Shown here: positions 48,061-60,158 of the stretch, piece by piece
Layout of the letters: the number at the start of each line of letters is the position of its first letter
Position numbering within the stretch: position 1 is the first letter of the stretch
Assembly: GCA_002269645.1 (NCBI GenBank)
Contig: NIVC01000216.1
Span: forward strand, 1 to 64,000
DNA length: 64,000 bases
Direction of reading: 5' to 3'
Origin: Macrostomum lignano
Lineage: Eukaryota
The notes under the pieces: model-generated
The model's input: the letters and a program-made list of their open reading frames with translations, nothing else
Told to the model about the DNA's origin: nothing
Databases searched by the model: none
Position numbers and translations under genes: made by a program

Positions 48061-48639
48061 GGGAGGGGAGCTCAGTAAAATGAATGGAAGTGAGTTTTCA
48101 AAAGATGGAAGCATATTAATAAGGTGACAAATGATATGATGCAGCTGAAAGGCGATTCGCAGTGTCACTGCAATCACGATGATAAATATATGAAGTATAA
48201 AGCACCGAAGAGTAAGATGAAGCGCATCACAAAAACTGGTAAAAAAGAGAAAAGTTTCTCAAAAAACGCGTCGTAAAAGAACTGATTAAATTGGCTAAAC
48301 ACAACTGTGCAGTGCTTTGATTTTTGCACAATATATTTGCAAAATAAGCCTACTGTCAGTAGTAAGCGGTGTGTACAGATAAGCAAATATATTGGCTTGT
48401 TGATCAGCTTATTGTAATTTTATCATATAAGTCTGATTGCAGGCAAGATAAACATACGCGTACTAAAGTCAGGTGAGAGATCATTGAAAAAGTGCGGTAA
48501 GCTTTATAAAATAGCCAATAGGTATGCTGGAAAGATTCTGTTCCGAAATAAAGGTAAGAGAAATCAACATAGTATAACAATAAAGAGTTGTTGTGTTTTC
48601 ACAAAGAGCAATTCATAAGTCAAATAAGAAATCTTAGAG

Positions 48640-49122
48640 AGGGATAGGGAATAGATGAGAGAGAACAGAGAAAGAGGGAGATAAGACGGGAGAAGAGAGA
48701 AGAGGAAAGAGGCGAGAGAAGATAGGAGAGAAGAGGGGAGAGAAGAGAAAAGAGAGAAGAGAGGAGAGAAGAGAGGAGAGAAGAGGGGAGAGAAGAGAGA
48801 AGAGAGGAGAGAGGAGAGAAGAGAGGAGAGAGGAGAGAAGAGAGAAGAGAGGAGAGAGGAGAGAAGAGAGGAGAGAGGAGAGAAGAGAGAAGAGAGGAGA
48901 GAGGAGAGAGGAGAGAAGAGAGGAGAGAAGAGGGGAGAGAAGAGAGGAGAGAAGAGGGGAGAGAGTCGAAGAGAGGAGAGAAGAGGGGAGAGAAGAGGAG
49001 AGAGGAGAGGGGAGGGCTGAGAAAAGACACAAATCTTAGCGGACCGGATTGCTATTGAGAAGTTTCAAAGCACCCGAGGGCCGGATAGAGAGGCTTCGTG
49101 GGCGGGAGTTTGCCGACCCCCT
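48640..49122 (-). mobile_element. hAT-like terminal fragment plus CT-rich tract (copy 3 of 3)
   Basis: The minus strand reads AGGGGGTCGGCAAACTCCCGCCCACGAAGCCTCTCTATCCGGCCCTCGGGTGCTTTGAAACTTCTCAATAG and then a CT tract. Confidence 0.6.
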
Positions 49123-49239
49123 ATCTTTAGAGTCTAAAGAAATCTGCCATGGAAGAGCTAGACTGGAAGACAGACGGGAGCAGTTCCAAAAAAGCCAACA
49201 GGAGGATAAGGAGATTCTGGGCACCATTATTGCAGCTGC

Positions 49240-49953
49240 TCAAGGTACGTAGGCAGGAGGCGGCAGCAGTTCAGCGGCTGACACAGCATAGTAGCCAGGC
49301 GGACTCGGCGGCTCCATCCGCATTGACAAACTCGCTGGAGACGAAGGACCGTCCAGCACAACAAGGCCTCGGCCAGACGGGTCCAGCGCAATGCGACTAT
49401 CGTGTCTGCATAGCTGCCTGGCGCACAATAGGCAACAAGCAAACGCGGCGCCAAATTCTAGGGCGCCAATTAGCAAAGTTAGCGCGCCAACAATGATTTC
49501 AGCTGATAAAGATCGTTGACTAGCCCAGTGTAGAGTGGCCGAACTACTAACAAGTAGTACAACACCGGCTAGGCAAGCCAGCTGGCACAGGACAAACAGG
49601 CCCAGTACTGTGCAGTAGGTTTTCCGCCGGCTAGCCACAATACCGTGGACGGCTACGCACACGATAAAGATGGCAGCCGCCGCTTCGCTGCAAATTCCCA
49701 CTATGCCTATGCTATTCCGACTGCTACTGCTGCTATTAGTAGAGGAGAACGCTTGAACTCCGCACAGGATTAGTGCGGCAACGGCGCATAGGCCTTGGAT
49801 TAGCGACAGTATGAAGATTGTCTCGTTCCTGGGGCGGCAGCCGCGTCCGCGGCGTCGGCGACGGCGATAACTGATGCTGAGCGACTGCAGCTGGCCCGGG
49901 TGCCGCCGCCGCTGCTGGTGGTCGGCGTCGCCAGGCGGCGAATCTGCGGCCAT
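49240..49953 (-). CDS. four-transmembrane MS4A/CD20-like membrane protein with C-terminal PPxY motifs, 237 aa, single exon
   Basis: ATG-to-stop GC-rich ORF with four hydrophobic segments (IFILSLIQGLCAVAALILCGV; AAAAIFIVCVAVHGIVA; VLGLFVLCQLACLAGVVLLV; IIVGALTLLIGALEFGAAFACCLLCA) and PPGY and PPAY in the tail. The family call rests on topology, not a database hit. Confidence 0.75.
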   Translation of the reverse strand: MAADSPPGDADHQQRRRHPGQLQSLSISYRRRRRRGRGCRPRNETIFILSLIQGLCAVAALILCGVQAFSSTNSSSSSRNSIGIVGICSEAAAAIFIVCVAVHGIVASRRKTYCTVLGLFVLCQLACLAGVVLLVSSSATLHWASQRSLSAEIIVGALTLLIGALEFGAAFACCLLCARQLCRHDSRIALDPSGRGLVVLDGPSSPASLSMRMEPPSPPGYYAVSAAELLPPPAYVP

Positions 49954-50274
49954 AGAGCTGGCTCGGGATTGTTCCGTCTGACTTTAATAGGAATTTCAGG
50001 CCCCCGATTGTCTGCTGGAAATTTATAGTGAGAACAGGGCGGATTATGGTTCGATTGTCAGCGATTTAGGATACAGCTCTTAGTGTTATCCTGATGGCCT
50101 AGCCTAGATATTTATGGCACTTTTTTGTAACTAGATACTGGACTCAAGGTCTCAAAATCTAAACTGCTGGGTTTAGGATAGATGAATAGATAGATAGTTA
50201 GGCAGATACCAGGTACATAGATTCCCACTATCTATCTATAATAATAAATAGATAGATAAATAGACACGAGTAGA

Positions 50275-50329
50275 GAAACAGACAGGCAGACAGACAGACA
50301 GACAGACACAGACAGACAGACAGACACTA

Positions 50330-50390
<61 letters not shown>

Positions 50391-50435
50391 GGCAGACAGA
50401 CAGACAGACAGACACAGACAGACAGACAGACACTA

Positions 50436-50488
<53 letters not shown>

Positions 50489-50489
50489 C

Positions 50490-50524
<35 letters not shown>

Positions 50525-50541
50525 CATAGACAGACAGACAC

Positions 50542-50596
<55 letters not shown>

Positions 50597-50620
50597 CATA
50601 GACAGACAGACAGACAGACA
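50275..50620. repeat. (GACA)n microsatellite
   Basis: Visible run. Confidence 0.95.
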
Positions 50621-51404
50621 ATTATATTTATTTCAAAGGCTTGTTTGTCTAGTACAAACTCTGAACAATAAAATATAAAAAAGACGTCTTACCCAGAAGT
50701 CTATCAGATTTAATTTCAGTCTATTGTACAAAACGGAATTAAGGCAGATTAACGGTAGGTTCGCAGTATTAAGATTTTGTAACAGAAACTGCTCGGTCAA
50801 AAGAATTCTGTAATAGCAAGTGGCGGCGCACAGAAAATGCGGAGGAGGCGCCGAGTGAGAGGCCGAATAAATATTGGAGCCTTACAGGTCTGCGCGAAAC
50901 TAATGGCCAGTCGGGCAAGAGGGAAAGGGCATGGGCAGGTTCAAGAAAGTTGCTGGGCGGATGGGTGGGAACTGTTAGCTGAAAAACAAGAACCTGGACT
51001 CGTTGTCAGTCAGAGCGCTTGGGAAAAGTTCCCCTCGATCACAAAATATCTCTTTCTGATATAGTACATCTGCCGAACCCCCCGCTGGTAGAAGAAAAGA
51101 GTGTACGAGCGTATTTGGATCTAAGCCAGAGCTACTGACTGAAGAGCGCACTCGAGGGTGCAACAGAAATAACTTTGACTTACACTTTTAACCTCCCACC
51201 CCCCGCCTCTCGAACACTGTGCCTGTCTTAAGCGATGAATTCTAAGATAACAAATAATTACAGTATAGTTTAGTTGGTGAAGTGAAGTGCACACGCTGGA
51301 TACGATTGTTACTGCACAGTGTTCAAATAAAATCTAGCATTTGCTTTGAATGTCACGAGCACGAGTGTCCTATGCTATCATTATCGTAACACGAACTGTT
51401 TTGG

Positions 51405-52350
51405 TCTATGATCTACCTGACATCATTATCTCACACCTGACATCAAATCTCACACCTGACATCAAATCTCACACCTGACATCAAATCTCACACCTGACAT
51501 CATTATCCATCTCACACCTGACATCATTATCCATCTCACACCTGACATCATTATCTATGATCTACCTGACATCATTACCTATCCTACACCTGACATTATT
51601 ATCTATCTCACACCTGACATCACTATCTATCTCACACCTGACACCACTATCTATCTCACACATGACATCATTATCTGTCTCACACCCGACATCATTATCC
51701 ATGATCTACCTGACATCATTACCTATCCTACATCTGACATCATTATCTATCCCACACCTGACATCATTATCTATCTTAAACCTGACATCATTATCTACCT
51801 CACACCTGACATCATTATCCATCTCACACCTGACATCATTATCTATCTTAAACCTGACATCATTATCTATCTCACACCTGACATCATTATCTATCTTAAA
51901 CCTGACATCATTATCCATCTCACACCTGACATCATTATCTATCTTAAACCTGACATCATTATCTATCTCACACCTGACATCATTATCTATCTTAAACCTG
52001 ACATCATTATCTATCTCACACCTGACATCATTATCTATCTTAAACCTGACATCATTATCTATCTCACACCTGACATCATTATCTACCTCACACCTGACAT
52101 CATTATCTATCTCACACCTGACATCATTATCTACCTCACACCTGACATCATTATCTATCTCACACCTGACATCATTATCTATCCCACACCTGACATCATT
52201 ATCTACCTCACACCTGACATCATTATCTATCTCACACCTGACATCATTATCTATCCCACACCTGACATCATTATCTACCTCACACCTGACATCATTATCT
52301 ATCTCACACCTGACATCATTATCTACCTCACACCTGACATTATTATCTAT
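51405..52350. repeat. 24-bp minisatellite (CACCTGACATCATTATCTATCTCA)
   Basis: About 39 units. Confidence 0.95.
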
Positions 52351-53034
52351 TATTTACCTAGAACTAAATGTTCACTCTTACAAAAGAATAAAACTACAAA
52401 TACAAAAAATAAAAAGGCATAATTATGAATTTATTATAAAGAAATTAGCGAGCAAACTCATTATGATACTAATAGTAATAAAACAGTTAGTATAAAAATC
52501 TAGCCATACAAAGCATATTATAAGCGCAATACTAGATGAACAAATTTATCATGTAAAACAGTAACATACTGTACTAATTTTACAGCATAATAAGTATAAT
52601 CATAATATTGCCTAACAAAATCTACAGGTTTATCGCCACTTCACTTTTTCAAATCGCTTAAGAAATTAATCATAAAAATAGATGTAGGTAAAAAGCTTCA
52701 ATCTACAGTAATAATAATAATAGCATTCTGGATAATCCAAACAAACAACCCCAGAAAGGCCCATAAGCCCTTGATCTAGATAATATTCAGAATTTTGAAG
52801 CATCCTGTGTGACCTCGCAGGCCCAAAAAGCGAATGCAAAGTCTAAAATAGGAGACACGATAGCAACAGCTGCTCCAAAGCTTTCGCCTGTCAAAAATAG
52901 AACTGGAAAAAAGTTACACTGAGCAAAACTGGTCGGGAGGGGGGCGTCACTGTCCAAGCAGTTCCATAGAACTTTTTAATTGCACTGCAATAGTTTGCCA
53001 GGGATTAGAAAGGAATCCGGGTGCACTGGTGCCA

Positions 53035-54345
53035 GGAGAATCGCCCCTAGCTGGTTAATTGAGAATCGCCCCTAGCTGGTTAATTGAGAATCGCCCCTAG
53101 CTGGTTAATTGAGAATCGCCCCTAGCCGGCATAGAGAATCGCCCCTAGCCGGCATTGAGAATCGCCCCTAGCCGGCATTGAGAATCGCCACTAGCCGGCA
53201 TTGAGAATCGCCCCTAGCCGGCATAGAGAATCGCCCCTAGCCGGCATTGAGAATCGCCCCTAGCCGGCATTGAGAATCGCCCCTAGCCGGCATTGAGAAT
53301 CACCCCTAGCCGGCATTGAGAATCGCCCCTAGACGGCATTGAGAATCGCCCCTAGCCGGCATAGAGAATCGCCCCTAGCCGGCATTGAGAATCGCCCCTA
53401 GCCGGCATTGAGAATCGCCCCTAGCCGGCATTGAGAATCGCCCCTAGCCGGCAGAGAGAATCGCCCCTAGCTGGTTAATTGAGAATCGCCCCTAGCCGGC
53501 ATTGAGAATCGCCCCTAGCCGGCATAGAGAATCGCCCCTAGCCGGCAGAGAGAATCGCCCCTAGCTGGTTAATTGAGAATCGCCCCTAGCCGGCATTGAG
53601 AATCGCCCCTAGCCGGCATTGAGAATCGCCCCTAGCCGGCAGAGAGAATCGCCCCTAGCCGGCATTGAGAATCGCCCCTAGCCGGCATGAGAATCGCCCC
53701 TAGCTGGTTAATTGAGAATCGCCCCTAGCTGGTTAATTGAGAATCGCCCCTAGCTGGTTAATTGAGAATCGCCCCTAGCTGGTTAATTGAGAATCGCCCC
53801 TAGCTGGTTAATTGAGAATCGCCCCTAGCTGGCATGAGAATCGCCCCTAGCTGGTTAATTGAGAATCGCCCCTAGCCGGAATTGAGAATCGCCCCTAGCC
53901 GGCATAGAGAATCGCCCCTAGCCGGCATTGAGAATCGCCCCTAGCCGGCATTGAGAATCGCCCCTAGCCGGCATAGAGAATCGCCCCTAGCCGGAATTGA
54001 GAATCGCCCCTAGCCGGCATAGAGAATCGCCCCTAGCCGGCATTGAGAATCGCCCCTAGCCGGCAGAGAGAATCGCCCCTAGCCGGAATTGAGAATCGCC
54101 CCTAGCCGGCATTGAGAATCGCCCCTAGCCGGCATTGAGAATCGCCCCTAGCCGGCATTGAGAATCGCCCCTAGCCGGCATTGAGAATCGCCCCTAGCCG
54201 GCATTGAGAATCGCCCCTAGCCGGCATTGAGAATCGCCCCTAGCCGGCATTGAGAATCGCCCCTAGCCGGCATTGAGAATCGCCCCTAGCCGGCATTGAG
54301 AATCGCCCCTAGCCGGCATTGAGAATCGCCCCTAGCCGGCATAGA
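53035..54345. repeat. 23-bp minisatellite (GAGAATCGCCCCTAGCCGGCATT) abutting the MsrB stop codon
   Basis: About 55 units with a 24-bp CTGGTTAATT variant. Confidence 0.95.
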
Positions 54346-54351
54346 GCCCAG

Positions 54352-54777
54352 TCATTTTCCCTCCGCAGGCTTGAACCTGAGGCACACGCTGTTAATGCAG
54401 TACCTCTCCCCAGTTGGCGCTGGCCCGTCCTCAAACACGTGACCCAGATGGGCGTCGCAGGACCGGCACACGACCTCAGTCCTCTGCATGCCGTGCGATC
54501 CGTCATCCCGCCGTTCTATTGGCCCGTCGGGCAGCTCAGCGGAGAAGGCGGGCCAGCCGCAGCCGGAGTTGAACTTAGCATCGGAAGAGAACAGCGGCTT
54601 TGAGCAGCAGGCGCATTCGTACGTGCCCGGCTTAAAATGCTTGTCGTATTGACCGGAGTAGGCCGGCTCCGTGCCGCGTTGCCTAGCAACCCGATACGCT
54701 TCCGGCGATAATTGTTGCCGCCATTCGGCGTCAGTCTTCTGCTTTGGATCGCTGCTTTTGCTTTCGGAAGAGGACAT
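54352..54777 (-). CDS. msrB: peptide methionine-R-sulfoxide reductase B, 141 aa, intronless
   Basis: EWRQQLSPEAYRVARQRGTE, two Zn-binding CxxC motifs (CACC, CRSC), GCGWPAF (resolving Cys), HLGHVF.DGP and RYCINS (catalytic Cys, not Sec). Confidence 0.96.
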   Translation of the reverse strand: MSSSESKSSDPKQKTDAEWRQQLSPEAYRVARQRGTEPAYSGQYDKHFKPGTYECACCSKPLFSSDAKFNSGCGWPAFSAELPDGPIERRDDGSHGMQRTEVVCRSCDAHLGHVFEDGPAPTGERYCINSVCLRFKPAEGK

Positions 54778-55664
54778 ATTTAGTAGCTAAGCAGAAATCG
54801 AAATATTTTGATATGGGTAAACGGCGAGAGTAACAATTAATGCAATCAGATAGACAAGAGCTTCGCCAGCTTATCAGACAAAAGTACTACAAATTATATG
54901 GAACAAGAGTTTCTATTCAGGGTAAACAGCGGGAGCAACTATGACTGCAATTAGATAGTCAAGTGCTTCGGCATATAAAGAGTATCAGAAAAGAATTTTT
55001 TGATGTCAGGGACAAATTTTTTCCAGGGATACTCGCTATCAAATCACTTACGGCTGGGTAAACAGCGCATACAGTTCACTGACTACGCCTGTATCTAGAA
55101 AATGATTAATTGATCGAAAAAAACCAAAAAAGATGCTCCTAAGAGATGCACAAACTACACCAACATATATTTAAAGACAGTTATAAACACGAATTAAGAC
55201 ACGAAAAAATTAGCTCGTAAATAAACAAATGCAGCTACTCGGCAGTAGCATGAACAGATTTTTTCACTACTAATTTCGACAATTACTAGAAAAAATATGT
55301 GAACACGCATAAATGTGAAATTAGTGCAATCGTGTTTCTTTTTTAGTTGGCAAAGGAAGCTTAATGCACAAAGGTTACAAATGCTTATTTACTGTGTTGC
55401 TGATTGTAGCAAAACAACAAAGTTAAAATGCAACTCGGAAATTATATGAAAGTAATAGTAAAAAGATATTTGTCCTTACCGAACATCCAAAAAGTAATTC
55501 ATTTTCGACGTACAATGACACAAAATACAAAAAGGAAAATTCCATACTGTATATAAAAATCAGGACTAATTAGCGACAAAACAACTCGCAACAAAAACAA
55601 TATATAGCTGTTTATGAATCAACGAATAAAATTTGACAGTATTTTCCATTTCGGTTTGTCTTAG

Positions 55665-56450
55665 ATCTAGCCGCCGCCACCACTATCAATACTGACTAGC
55701 TTTTGATCTAGCCGCCGCTATCATTATCAATACTGGCTAGTCTTTGATCTAGCCACCCCTATCATTATCAATCTGGCTAGTCTTTGATCTAGCCGCCGCT
55801 ATCATTATCAATACTGGCTAGTCTTTGATCTAGCCGCCGCTATCATTATCAATACTGGCTAGTCTTTGATCTAGCCACCCCTATCATTATCAATCTGGCT
55901 AGTCTTTGATCTAGCCGCCGCTATCATTATCAATACTGGCTAGTCTTTGATCTAGCCACCCCTATCATTATCAATCTGGCTAGTCTTTGATCTAGCCGCC
56001 GCTATCATTATCAATACTGGCTAGTCTTTGATCTAGCCACCCCTATCATTATCAATCTGGCTAGTCTTTGATCTAGCCGCCGCTATCATTATCAATACTG
56101 GCTAGTCTTTGATCTAGCCGCCGCCATCGCTATCAATACTAGCTAGTATTTTGATCTAGCCGCCGCTATCACTATCAATACTGGCTAGTCTTTGATCTAG
56201 CCGCCCCTATCATTATCAATCTGGCTAGTCTTTGATCTAGCCGCTGCTGTCACTATCAATAGTGGCTAGTCCTTGATCTAGCCGCCCCTTTTATTATCAA
56301 TACTGGCTAGTCTTTGATCTAGCCGCTGCTGTCACTATCAATACTGGCTAGTCTTTGATCTAGCCGCCCCTTTTATTATCACTACTGGCTAGTCTTTGAT
56401 CTAGCCGCCCCTATAATTATCAATACTGGCTAGTCTTTGATCTAGCCACT
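55665..56450. repeat. 40/41-bp minisatellite (GATCTAGCCGCCGCTATCATTATCAATACTGGCTAGTCTTT); duplicated at 59245-60030
   Basis: About 19 units with alternating variants. Confidence 0.92.
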
Positions 56451-56613
56451 ACTACTACCATAAAATCTGCCTTTAATCTCACGGCTGCTACCATTAACTC
56501 ACAAAGGGACAATCCGCGATACAATTTAAAGTACATTCAAAACTGCCAGAGTTTATAAACTCCATGCAACTCAGAGCTAATCAAACATGATTAAACTGCT
56601 ACTATCGCTGACA

Positions 56614-57443
56614 TTAACGTTCCTTCTCGTCGGTGAGGTTGGAATTGACGGACTGGTCCATTGCGTGTTGCTCCTCAGACTCCTCAGGCTGCTGGCTGCA
56701 GCTGCTCAGCCTATCCAGGCAGTCAGTCAATCGGCCGAATTCGGCTAAATCCGCATAGTATCGTCGAATCGTTTCATCATGCGCAGATCTCAGTTTGCGC
56801 ACAACAACGCGCGCCTGCCTGCCCGAGCCGTCGGCGTCGGCAATGGCAAACTTGCCAGAAATATCATTAACTTGTTGAGCAAAATTTTTAGCCTCAGTTT
56901 TGGCGCCAAATTGAACTTCATAGGGCTCAGACTCCGCACTGCGCAGGTAGGCTACCACATTCTTCAGGTAAGGATTATTGTCCGGCGGCTCCGCAATCCA
57001 CGGCTGATTCCAGCGAAATTCCGGCTCACCAACGCGGCACGAATTTGCTGCCTCAAGCTGGCGCCGGCGCAGCTCCAAGAGTTTGCGGCAGGCCCGACTG
57101 TCGGCCTGAAAGCCGTTGAGCAGCACCCGCTCGGCCAGGTCGCGCAGCAGATTGGAATAGGCCAGCTGGAGATGCTGGCGCTCCTCGTCGGTTGTGCCCG
57201 ACCGCGACACCTGCTGGCCTAGCGAGTCGATTAGGCGATGAAATCGTTGCCAAAGCTCGTCGGATTGGACGGCGTGAAGGAAATCCACGAGTTCGATCAG
57301 ATTCTCATTAGCGAATGAGCGCTGGCTAAGGTAGGACCATTTTTCCTGGGACATTGTCAGGCGGAACTCGCCTCGGCGATAACGGCTCTCCGCTGACTGC
57401 AGCAGGCTGTCCACCAGGGTGCAAAGCAGACGCCGGCCACCGC
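56614..57443 (-). pseudogene. duplicate terminal exon of the 60159-64000 gene (left copy, altered C-terminal frame); probably an assembly duplicate
   Basis: Identical peptide to 60159-61027 up to NSNLTD, then 1-bp indels give EKER* instead of [17 protein letters not shown]. Confidence 0.6.
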
Positions 57444-58257
57444 CTGACATTTGAGTCGCATGCGGATGGCAAGTGTTAGGGCATATTTGGCTAAGGCATT
57501 TCTGGTTCCGCCTCCTTACATTCCTTTTACATACCTTATGACTTCAGTCTTCATACTTAGCTCGCTCCCCATCTCTGCCTTCTGTTCTCACGTGTTTCCT
57601 TGTTTCTCTCTCATGCCTCCCCACTTCCTTCCCGTGTCTCTATTCTCTATAGTATCTCTCCCTCTCTCGCTTTCCACCTCTCCCCTCTCTTGCCGTCTCT
57701 CCCCTCTCCTTCCCATCTCTCCACTCTTCTGTCTCTCCCCTATCTCGCTTCACATCTCTCCCATCCTTGCCATCTCTCCCCTCTCCTTCCCATCACTCCA
57801 CTCTCTCGCTTCCCACCTCTCCCCTCTTCCTTTCTCTCCCCCATCTCGCTTCTCATCTCTCCCATCACTTGCCATTGCTCCCTCTCCTTCCCATCTCTCA
57901 CCTCTTTGCTTCCCACCTCTCCCCTCTCCTTCCCATCTCTCCCCTCTCTTGCCATCTTTCCCTCTCTTGCCATCTCTCCCCTCTCTTGCCATCTTTCCCC
58001 TCTGCTTCCCATATCTCCCCTCTCTTGCCATCTTTCCTTCTGCTTCCCATATCTACCTCTTTCCCCTCTCCTCCCATCTCTTCCCTCTCTCCCATCTCTT
58101 CCCTCTCCTTCCCATCTCTCCCTCTCTTCATATCATTCCCATGTCTCTCGCCTCTTCCCGTTTCAGCTTACTTGACTGCCGGGACCGGCCAGCCAGAAAC
58201 GATCGCAAAGTTTTAGCAATAAAACTAGCAGAGTTAGCCACGCTCATGTTAACAAAG

Positions 58258-58401
58258 NNNNNNNNNNNNNNNNNNNNNNNNNNNNNNNNNNNNNNNNNNN
58301 NNNNNNNNNNNNNNNNNNNNNNNNNNNNNNNNNNNNNNNNNNNNNNNNNNNNNNNNNNNNNNNNNNNNNNNNNNNNNNNNNNNNNNNNNNNNNNNNNNNN
58401 N
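58258..58401. other. assembly gap (144 N)
   Basis: Run of N. Confidence 0.99.
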
Positions 58402-59244
58402 TGGGTAAACGGCGAGAGTAACAATTAATGCAATCAGATAGACAAGAGCTTCGCCAGCTTATCAGACAAAAGTACTACAAATTTATGGAACAAGAGTTTC
58501 TATTCAGGGTAAACAGCGGGAGCAACTATGACTGCAATTAGATAGTCAAGTGCTTCGGCATATAAAGAGTATCAGAAAAGAATTTTTTGATGTCAGGGAC
58601 AAATTTTTTCCAGGGATACTCGCTATCAAATCACTTACGGCTGGGTAAACAGCGCATACAGTTCACTGACTACGCCTGTATCTAGAAAATGATTAATTGA
58701 TCGAAAAAACCAAAAAAGATGCTCCTAAGAGATGCACAAACTACACCAACATATATTTAAAGACAGTTATAAACACGAATTAGACACGAAAAATTAGCTC
58801 GTAAATAAACAAATGCAGCTACTCGGCAGTAGCATGAACAGATTTTTTCACTACTAATTTCGACAATTACTAGAAAAAATATGTGAACACGCATAAATGT
58901 GAAATTAGTGCAATCGTGTTTCTTTTTTAGTTGGCAAAGGAAGCTTAATGCACAAAGGTTACAAATGCTTATTTACTGTGTTGCTGATTGTAGCAAAACA
59001 AAAAGTTAAAATGCAACTCGGAAATTATATGAAAGTAATAGTAAAAAGATATTTGTCCTTACCGAACATCCAAAAAGTAATTCATTTTCGACGTACAATG
59101 ACACAAAATACAAAAAGGAAAATTCCATACTGTATATAAAAATCAGGACTAATTAGCGACAAAACAACTCGCAACAAAAACAATATATAGCTGTTTATGA
59201 ATCAACGAATAAAATTTGACAGTATTTTCCATTTCGGTTTGTCT

Positions 59245-60030
59245 TAGATCTAGCCGCCGCCACCACTATCAATACTGACTAGCTTTTGATCTAGCCGCCG
59301 CTATCATTATCAATACTGGCTAGTCTTTGATCTAGCCACCCCTATCATTATCAATCTGGCTAGTCTTTGATCTAGCCGCCGCTATCATTATCAATACTGG
59401 CTAGTCTTTGATCTAGCCGCCGCTATCATTATCAATACTGGCTAGTCTTTGATCTAGCCACCCCTATCATTATCAATCTGGCTAGTCTTTGATCTAGCCG
59501 CCGCTATCATTATCAATACTGGCTAGTCTTTGATCTAGCCACCCCTATCATTATCAATCTGGCTAGTCTTTGATCTAGCCGCCGCTATCATTATCAATAC
59601 TGGCTAGTCTTTGATCTAGCCACCCCTATCATTATCAATCTGGCTAGTCTTTGATCTAGCCGCCGCTATCATTATCAAAACTGGCTAGTCTTTGATCTAG
59701 CCGCCGCCATCGCTATCAATACTAGCTAGTATTTGATCTAGCCGCCGCTATCACTATCAATACTGGCTAGTCTTTGATCTAGCCGCCCCTATCATTATCA
59801 ATCTGGCTAGTCTTTGATCTAGCCGCTGCTGTCACTATCAATAGTGGCTAGTCCTTGATCTAGCCGCCGCTATCACTATCAATACTGGCTAGTCTTTGAT
59901 CTAGCCGCTGCTGTCACTATCAAAACTGGCTAGTCTTTGATCTAGCCGCCCCTTTTATTATCACTACTGGCTAGTCTTTGATCTAGCCGCCCCTATAATT
60001 ATCAATACTGGCTAGTCTTTGATCTAGCCA
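59245..60030. repeat. 40/41-bp minisatellite (right copy)
   Basis: Same as 55665-56450. Confidence 0.92.
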
Positions 60031-60158
60031 CTACTACTACCATAAAATCTGCCTTTAATCTCACGGCTGCTACCATTAACTCACAAAGGGACAATCCGCG
60101 ATACAATTTAAAGTACATTCAAAACTGCCAGAGTTTATAAACTCCATGCAACTCAGAG

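Larger units (their letters stand above)
54814..58257. other. left copy of a 3.45-kb direct duplication (matches 58402-61855), ending at the assembly gap
   Basis: Both copies start TGGGTAAACGGCGAGAG; the left copy ends CATGTTAACAAAG exactly at the Ns. Differences are mostly 1-bp indels and repeat-unit number. Confidence 0.93.

Noticed and set aside
45713-48177. 737-794 aa ORFs
   Set aside because: Open in all three minus frames because the 42-bp repeat lacks stops; no domain is present.
54352-54777. Selenocysteine MsrB1 or SECIS-dependent readthrough
   Set aside because: The catalytic residue is encoded as Cys (RYCINS) and there is no in-frame TGA.
56614-57450. Genuine tandem paralogue of the last gene
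   Set aside because: Lies within the gap-flanking duplicate and has the pattern of an unmerged contig overlap.
14600-57600. Scattered CACGTG E-boxes as evidence of clock regulation of neighbouring genes
   Set aside because: Only a handful of isolated hexamers, several inside exons; this is at chance level for 64 kb.
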